NCBI GenBank assembly: GCA_051652765.1
Contig: JBOFUV010000063.1
Coordinates: 1 to 24,262, forward strand
Source: Microcoleaceae cyanobacterium
GTDB taxonomy: Bacteria > Cyanobacteriota > Cyanobacteriia > Cyanobacteriales > Microcoleaceae
DNA: 24,262 nucleotides
Reading direction: 5' to 3'
Under the pieces are notes generated by a model. That model ran no database searches. It was not told the DNA's origin and saw nothing but the letters and a program-made list of their open reading frames with translations. Shown here one piece after another: positions 18,621 through 24,262 of the stretch. The translations under genes were made by a program, and so were the position numbers. Position 1 is the stretch's first letter; every line of letters starts with the position of its first letter.

Positions 18621-19178
18621 CTACTCCACCACCAACTCAAACCCTGGTAAAACATCTTCACCTTTCAACCTGGCAGGAATGGATAACACTTGAACAGGTT
18701 GACCAGGGCGGTAGATCTCAACGGTTGCCTCACTGGGGTTGATCAACCATCCCAGCCTGACCCCGTTGTCCATGTATTCCTGCATTTTTTCCTGAGCGTC
18801 TACCAATCTGTCGCTGGGTGACATCAACTCTAAAGCAAAGTCAGGGGCTAGGGGTGCAAATTTCTGGCGTTGTTCCTGGCTCAAGGATTCCCATCTATCC
18901 AGTCGTACCCAGGCAGCATCAGGGGATCTGATAGCGCCATTGGGGAGTTTGAACCCACCACTGGAGTCAAAAACCTTGCCTAGCTTGGTTTTGCGGTTCC
19001 AGTTCACGAAGTCAGCAGTTAAACCAGCGTTTGTGTCTGAGGTTTCACTTCCGGTAGGTGGATTCACAATCAGTTCTCCTGTCGCAGTGCGTTCGAGTCT
19101 GAGATCTGGGTTGACCTGGCACAGATCCCAGAATAGTTCATCTGTCACATAAACCTTTGGGGGTGCAGTTGTCAGCAT
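18621..19178 (-). CDS. Uma2 family (DUF820) PD-(D/E)xK endonuclease-like protein, copy 1
   Basis: FWDLCQVNPDLRLERTATGELIVNPPTG..GKVFDSSGGFKLPNGAIRSPDAAW..APDFALELMSPSD..KMQEYMDNGVRLGWLI..GEDVLPGF. Confidence 0.92.
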   Translation of the reverse strand: MLTTAPPKVYVTDELFWDLCQVNPDLRLERTATGELIVNPPTGSETSDTNAGLTADFVNWNRKTKLGKVFDSSGGFKLPNGAIRSPDAAWVRLDRWESLSQEQRQKFAPLAPDFALELMSPSDRLVDAQEKMQEYMDNGVRLGWLINPSEATVEIYRPGQPVQVLSIPARLKGEDVLPGFELVVE

Positions 19179-19201
19179 GGCCTCAAGTCCTCCTCATTCC
19201 T

Positions 19202-19756
19202 TCAAATCTGTAACTCAAACCCAGGTAAAACATCCTCACCCTCCAACCTGGCAGGAATGGATAACACTTGAATGGGTTGACCAGGGCGATAGATTTCAAC
19301 CCAACTTCCTTTGCGATTGACTAACCAGCCTAATCTGACTCCGTTGTCGATATATTCTTGCATTTTGTCCTGAACGTCTTTGAGGGTGTCGCTGGGAGAG
19401 AGTAACTCTAGGACAAAGTCGGGGGCAATGGGGGCAAATTTTTCTTGTTGGTCTGGGGTGAGGTTGTTCCAGCGCTCTGACTGAATCCAGGAGACATCGG
19501 GGGAGCGGGTTGCGCCGTTGGGGAGCTTGAACCCGGTGGAGGAGTCGAAGACTTTGCCGAGCTGAGTCTGGCGATTCCAAATTCCAAAATCAACGATTAG
19601 GCCAGCATTGTATTGTCCGGTGTCTGAACCGGTGGGTGGATTCACAATCAGTTCTCCTGTCGCAGTGCGTTCGAGTCTGAGATCTGGGTTGACCTGGCAC
19701 AGATCCCAGAATAGTTCATCTGTCACATAAACCTTTGGAGGTGCAGTTGTCAGCAT
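19202..19756 (-). CDS. Uma2 family (DUF820) endonuclease-like protein, copy 2
   Basis: Same motifs (RSPDVSW, APDFVLELLSPSD, EYIDNGVRLGWL); RBS GGAGGA upstream of both copies. Confidence 0.92.
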   Translation of the reverse strand: MLTTAPPKVYVTDELFWDLCQVNPDLRLERTATGELIVNPPTGSDTGQYNAGLIVDFGIWNRQTQLGKVFDSSTGFKLPNGATRSPDVSWIQSERWNNLTPDQQEKFAPIAPDFVLELLSPSDTLKDVQDKMQEYIDNGVRLGWLVNRKGSWVEIYRPGQPIQVLSIPARLEGEDVLPGFELQI

Positions 19757-20051
19757 GGCCTAAAGTCCTCCTAGTCCCTTCAAACGCGCTTCAATTGCTG
19801 TAATTTGCAATTTTACCGTTGTTATATCAAATCCGTTTGAATAACCCTACTGAATTTCAGTATAGGTACTTTTATTTGTGCTAGGGAACTCCTAAAATTC
19901 AGGATTTTTACGGACTCATTCTTTCACCTTCTGGAGTAATCTAGATAATAATGGGATTAATTTTCGCTCTGACTACCTAGAGTTAATCTGTCTTTTAACT
20001 CATTTTAAACTAAAGATTTAGATTATTTATACTGTTAACTAAGGGGATAAA

Positions 20052-23000
20052 ATGGCACTGAACCCAGGAGATATTGCGTTTGTTAGCTACAATGCTGACG
20101 ATCCCGACAGCATTCAATTTGTTGCTTTAGTTAATATCCCTGCTGGCGAAGTGATTAACTTCACCGATAACGGCTGGCGCAACACCAACTCATTCCGAAC
20201 GGGAGAGGGAATCATCACTTGGACTGCGCCGGGGACAGTTGTCTCTGCAGGCACTGTTGTCACCCTGAGTAGCCTGAATACTACTGCACCGGGGGCTTCG
20301 TTGGGTTCGGTGGTTCGGTTAGGCGGTTTTGCCTTGGCTGTGGACGGAGATCAAGTGATTGCCTACCAAGGCCCGAACTTAATGATTGCAGCCCTGAACA
20401 ATGAAGGTGCTGCGGTCTGGCAAGCTAATGCAACTGACTCTAATACTTCGGCTTTACCCTTTGGTCTGATCAACGGGGCTGATGCCGTCGCCCTGAACGA
20501 AATTGATAACGCCGTTTACAGCGGAAGTCTAGTCATCGCAGACAAAGCCGCCCTGCTCGCCGCGATCAACACTCCTGCCAACTGGACAGGAAGCGACACT
20601 GTTGCTCAATCTTTCACCGGAACCATCACGGTTAACCTCAGCGCTGCACCCGTTTTAGCGAACCTGGATTCCCCTGTCACGGTGAATGAAAATGCAATCA
20701 ACGTTGCTGCCCAGGTGATTGATAGCGATGTCACCCTCACCGACAGCGACAGCCTGAACTTCAACGGTGGTAATCTCACCGTCAGCTACTCCAGCGGGGG
20801 CTCGTTTCAGGACACCCTATTCGTGCGAAACCAGGGAACGGGAGCCAACCAGATTGGTCTAGATGGCAGAGTCGTCACCTTCGGCGGAACCACAATCGGC
20901 ACCATCGCCAGGAACAATATTTTTGACGGTTCTGGGGGCAGCAACCTCGTCATCAGCCTCAACGCCAACGCCACTCCCGCCGCCGTCGAAGCCCTGATCG
21001 AAAATCTCACCTATCGCAACACGTCCAATACCCCGAACCCTAGCCGAACCCTTCAGATCACCGTCAATGACGGCAGCGGAGGAGTGAGCAGCCCTCAACC
21101 TGTTCAGATTGACATTACTCCTGAGGCTGATCTGCCGATAGTTGGGCCAACCACAGTTCTCTATGACAACTTTGCCGTTACTCCCGACAACGCTGCAGCA
21201 ACTTCAGCCGGAGCGTGGTTTGGTTTTGCTTCAGTCAGTCCTCCTTCTCCACCCGCGCCCAATGTTGGGAATGCAACCCAATCTGCAAATGGAACCGCCA
21301 CCTCCCTGAATACCGCAGGAAATCTCATTTCCAATCCTGCACTGGGAGGTAACTTAGTTTATTCCGGCTACAGCAACCACCTCTACAATCCCTTTGCCAC
21401 AACCTTTACCCTGGTGAACTCCAGTTTCCCAGCTTTGGATCGCGTTGCAGGCTACACCATCAACTTCAGGGCAAAAGTAGACTCTGAAAACAATGACGAT
21501 ATTGGAACCAATCAAAGCGACAAAAACAAAGACGGCAAGCTGGATCGGGCAGGGTTTGGTCTGGTTGCCATTAGTAGCGATGGTCAAAACGGCATCGAAC
21601 TCTACTTTGACAGCGATCGCATCTTTGCCCTAGAAGATGGGCTCAATCAGGCCACTCCCTCCGCTGAGTCCAATCCCACCAACGTTAGCACCCACAGTCG
21701 CCAACTCTTCAATCAGGCAGAGGGTGCAAGCTTTAACACAGTGACGGCGTTTGTGAATTATCAGCTCGCAGTTCAGGGAAATACTTACATCCTGTTTGCC
21801 GATGGCACAGAGATTCTCACCGGACGTTTGCGAAATTATACCGCCGCCGATATTACCCCGCCCCTTCCCGATCCCTACGGCGTTCCGAACTTCCTATTTC
21901 TGGGGGACGATACTCCCTCTGCCCAGGTTCAGATGCAACTGCAAGGGATTTCAGTTACTAATAACCTCCTCAATAGCCTAGTGGTGGATACGACTGTTGA
22001 TGAGAACGATGGCAACCTAAGTCCGGGGGATGTATCCCTGCGGGAAGCCCTTGCAAACATCGCCAACAACGGCACCATCACCTTCGACAATAGTTTTACT
22101 AATGAGACCATTACCCTGGCTCTAGGCGAACTCCCCGTCAATAAATCCGTCACGATTAACGGCGATACCGACAGCAACCCCGCCACCCGAAATATTACAG
22201 TCAGCGGCAACAACGCCTCCCGCGTATTCAATATCACCGATGGGAACAACGCCGCATTCCAAACCGTGACGATAGATGGCCTGACTATTACCAGGGGACT
22301 TGCAACAGGTGGTTTTCCTGCGGGCAGTGGTGGAGGCATCTACAACCGCGAAAGCCTGAGCCTCAGCAACAGCACCATTAGTGGCAATTCGGCTAGCTAT
22401 GGTGGGGGCATCTTCAACTATCTTGGAACAGCGGCGATCAGCAACAGCACCATTAGTGGCAATTCAGCGACTAACCGAGGTGGGGGCATCTTCAACTATC
22501 GTGGAACAGCGGCGATCAGCAACAGCACCATTAGTGGCAATTCGGCTAACAATGGTGGGGGTATCACTAACTATGATAATACGGTTGCTCTTGTTAATAC
22601 CACAATTAGTGAGAATATTGCCCTAGTTGGTAGTGGAATAGCAAGCTTTGGAGATAGTGTAACCTTCACAACCGTAACCTCTAGCATTATTTCTGGGAAC
22701 ACAGGTGGAGGGGCTGATGTAGAAGTATTTAGTGGAACAACGGATAGCTTTACCAGTGCTGGCAACAATCTAATAGGTGGTATTGGTGCAAATGTAAATG
22801 CCTTTAGCCAGCCTACAGATATTACTGGAGTGACTAACCCGTTACTCGGCCCCCTTCAGAACAATGGCGGCCCTACCTTCACTCAGGCATTGTTAACCGG
22901 AAGTCCAGCGATTGATACAGGCAGCAACCCCAATAGTTTAACTACCGATCAACGGGGAACCGGGTTTAATCGAGTAATTGGCCCTGCCGTAGATATTGGG

Positions 23001-24262
23001 GCATTTGAAGCTTCCAATCAACCCCCAACAGCGGTTGATGATGGGGGAACCGGGTTCACCATCGATCAAAACACCCTCTTCACCACCGGCGACGTTCTGG
23101 CCAATGACACCGACCCAGAAAACGATACCCTGACTGTCACTGGCTTCAACGACTCAGGAACCCTGGGAACTGTCACCAACAACGCCAATGGCACCTTCGA
23201 GTACAACCCCGATACCCAGTTCAACTTCCTACCCGAAGGTGCCACCGACACAGATAGCTTCACCTACACGATTCAGGACAGCGAAGGCAATCCAGGGGTT
23301 GCTCCCGCTACAGTCACGATTACCGTTGAGGGATTGAACGATGCTCCCACCGTTGCCCTTCCTCTGAATGCTCAATCTGCAACCCCAACGAACCCGTTCA
23401 GCTTTGTTGTTCCAGCAGGAACATTTGACGATGTTGACACTGGAGACATTCTCACCCTGAGTGCAGCAGGATTACCCACCTGGTTAACTTTTGACCCAGT
23501 CAGCCAAACCTTCAGTGGCACTCCCGCCAATGCTGATGGCGGAGTTACCACCACAATTACCGTCACAGCCACCGATGCTCTAGGAGCGACGGTTAGCGAT
23601 GACTTTGATTTACAGGTAGACAATCCTGTAGTCAATGACCCCCCCATCGCCAACAATGACAGTGGAACCGGGTTCATCACCAATCAGAACGCCCTCTTCA
23701 CCACAGGAAACGTTCTGGCCAATGACACCGACCCAGAAAACGATACCCTGAGTGTTACTGGCTTCAACGACTCAGGAACCCAGGGCATTGTCACCAACAA
23801 CGCCAATGGCACATTCGACTACGACCCCGATACCCAGTTCAACTTCCTGCCTGAGGGAGTCGATGGCACCGACAGTTTCACCTACACTATTCAGGACAGT
23901 GCGGGCAATCCAGGAGTTGCTGCTGCCACAGTCACCATCACGGTTGAGGGATTGAACGATGCTCCCACCGTTGCCCTTCCTCTGAATGCCCAATCTGCAA
24001 CCCCAACGACCCCGTTCAGCTTTGTTGTTCCAGCAGGAACATTCGACGATGTTGACACTGGAGACGTTCTCACCCTGAGTGCAGCAGGATTACCCACCTG
24101 GTTAACCTTCAATCCTGCCGCTCAAACTTTCAGTGGCACACCTGCCAATGCTGATGGCGGAGTTACCACCACAATTACCGTCACAGCCACGGATATTCTG
24201 GGAGCAACGGTTAGTGATGACTTTGATTTACAGGTAGACAATCCTGTAGTCAATGACCCCCC
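20052..24262 (+). CDS. Giant secreted adhesin/surface protein, running off the right edge (>1400 aa): N-terminal beta-sandwich, cadherin-like, choice-of-anchor-Y-like, CSLREA/beta-helix/choice-of-anchor-Q, and tandem VCBS/Ig + He_PIG(CADG) repeats
   Basis: ATG 20052 after AAGGGG; frame consistent to the window end. MALNPGDIAFVSYNAD..FTDNGW; LIENLTYRNTSNTP; FPALDR..DRAGF..DPYGVPNFLFLGDDT; VVDTTVDENDG..VSLREAL; GGGIFN..ISNSTISGNSA repeats; LGPLQNNGGPT..GSPAIDTG..DQRG..DIGAFE; NVLANDTDPE..DSFTYTI; LPTWLTF..FSGTP. Absent from the ORF track. Confidence 0.9.
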   Translation, partial: MALNPGDIAFVSYNADDPDSIQFVALVNIPAGEVINFTDNGWRNTNSFRTGEGIITWTAPGTVVSAGTVVTLSSLNTTAPGASLGSVVRLGGFALAVDGDQVIAYQGPNLMIAALNNEGAAVWQANATDSNTSALPFGLINGADAVALNEIDNAVYSGSLVIADKAALLAAINTPANWTGSDTVAQSFTGTITVNLSAAPVLANLDSPVTVNENAINVAAQVIDSDVTLTDSDSLNFNGGNLTVSYSSGGSFQDTLFVRNQGTGANQIGLDGRVVTFGGTTIGTIARNNIFDGSGGSNLVISLNANATPAAVEALIENLTYRNTSNTPNPSRTLQITVNDGSGGVSSPQPVQIDITPEADLPIVGPTTVLYDNFAVTPDNAAATSAGAWFGFASVSPPSPPAPNVGNATQSANGTATSLNTAGNLISNPALGGNLVYSGYSNHLYNPFATTFTLVNSSFPALDRVAGYTINFRAKVDSENNDDIGTNQSDKNKDGKLDRAGFGLVAISSDGQNGIELYFDSDRIFALEDGLNQATPSAESNPTNVSTHSRQLFNQAEGASFNTVTAFVNYQLAVQGNTYILFADGTEILTGRLRNYTAADITPPLPDPYGVPNFLFLGDDTPSAQVQMQLQGISVTNNLLNSLVVDTTVDENDGNLSPGDVSLREALANIANNGTITFDNSFTNETITLALGELPVNKSVTINGDTDSNPATRNITVSGNNASRVFNITDGNNAAFQTVTIDGLTITRGLATGGFPAGSGGGIYNRESLSLSNSTISGNSASYGGGIFNYLGTAAISNSTISGNSATNRGGGIFNYRGTAAISNSTISGNSANNGGGITNYDNTVALVNTTISENIALVGSGIASFGDSVTFTTVTSSIISGNTGGGADVEVFSGTTDSFTSAGNNLIGGIGANVNAFSQPTDITGVTNPLLGPLQNNGGPTFTQALLTGSPAIDTGSNPNSLTTDQRGTGFNRVIGPAVDIGAFEASNQPPTAVDDGGTGFTIDQNTLFTTGDVLANDTDPENDTLTVTGFNDSGTLGTVTNNANGTFEYNPDTQFNFLPEGATDTDSFTYTIQDSEGNPGVAPATVTITVEGLNDAPTVALPLNAQSATPTNPFSFVVPAGTFDDVDTGDILTLSAAGLPTWLTFDPVSQTFSGTPANADGGVTTTITVTATDALGATVSDDFDLQVDNPVVNDPPIANNDSGTGFITNQNALFTTGNVLANDTDPENDTLSVTGFNDSGTQGIVTNNANGTFDYDPDTQFNFLPEGVDGTDSFTYTIQDSAGNPGVAAATVTITVEGLNDAPTVALPLNAQSATPTTPFSFVVPAGTFDDVDTGDVLTLSAAGLPTWLTFNPAAQTFSGTPANADGGVTTTITVTATDILGATVSDDFDLQVDNPVVNDP
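23022..24262 (+). repeat. Intragenic 618-bp (206-aa) tandem repeat, at least 2 copies, with a third apparently beginning at the window edge
   Basis: For example ACATT(T/C)GACGATGTTGACACTGGAGAC at 23421 and 24039, and GATTTACAGGTAGACAATCCTGTAGTCAATGACCCCCC ending at 23644 and 24262. Confidence 0.92.

Noticed and set aside
18621..19756. Diversity-generating retroelement TR/VR pair
   Set aside because: Both copies are full genes, the differences are not adenine-specific, and no reverse transcriptase is in the window.
19762..19845. Possible gene remnant upstream of uma2 copy 2 (GFDITTVKLQITAIEARLKGLGGL*, minus strand)
   Set aside because: Under 30 codons, bounded by an upstream stop, with no clear start or recognisable motif.
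300..21620. Recurrent GCGATCGC octamers as a novel motif
   Set aside because: This is the well-known cyanobacterial HIP1 sequence; it was used only as a taxonomic clue.
20807..24112. Short ORFs listed in the track over 20.8-24.1 kb
   Set aside because: They are shadows of the long plus-strand adhesin gene starting at 20052.

Overview
Cyanobacterial chromosomal window: about 12 HIP1 GCGATCGC octamers, plus ndhS, a Rubisco activase-like gene and a cyanobacteriochrome. Both ends carry giant modular surface-protein genes that run off the window and are missing from the ORF track. The left one (<1..3032, minus) encodes DUF4347, a PQQ sugar-dehydrogenase-like propeller, PKD and Ig-like domains. 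The right one (20052..>24262, plus) encodes a beta-helix/CSLREA-type adhesin with 618-bp tandem Ig repeats. Between them, left to right: a MITE; a decaying metabolic island (amine-oxidase fragment, intact ycaC-like hydrolase, broken amidohydrolase, ABM membrane protein); core genes (rca/alc, ndhS, HAS-barrel, rpsB with its leader but no tsf); a three-gene DXCF cyanobacteriochrome phosphorelay (dpxABC-like); and nadE. The most interesting part is 17.7-19.8 kb. It holds a perfect NtcA box, an extended -10 promoter and a glnA-class glutamine riboswitch whose downstream sequence suggests a translational OFF switch on an uncharacterised 72-aa membrane protein. These are followed by a 13-unit, 22-bp-period array (constant core, shuffled 8-nt spacers), a composite palindromic repeat and two mosaic tandem Uma2 nuclease paralogs. 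All calls come from reading the sequence by eye; no searches were run.
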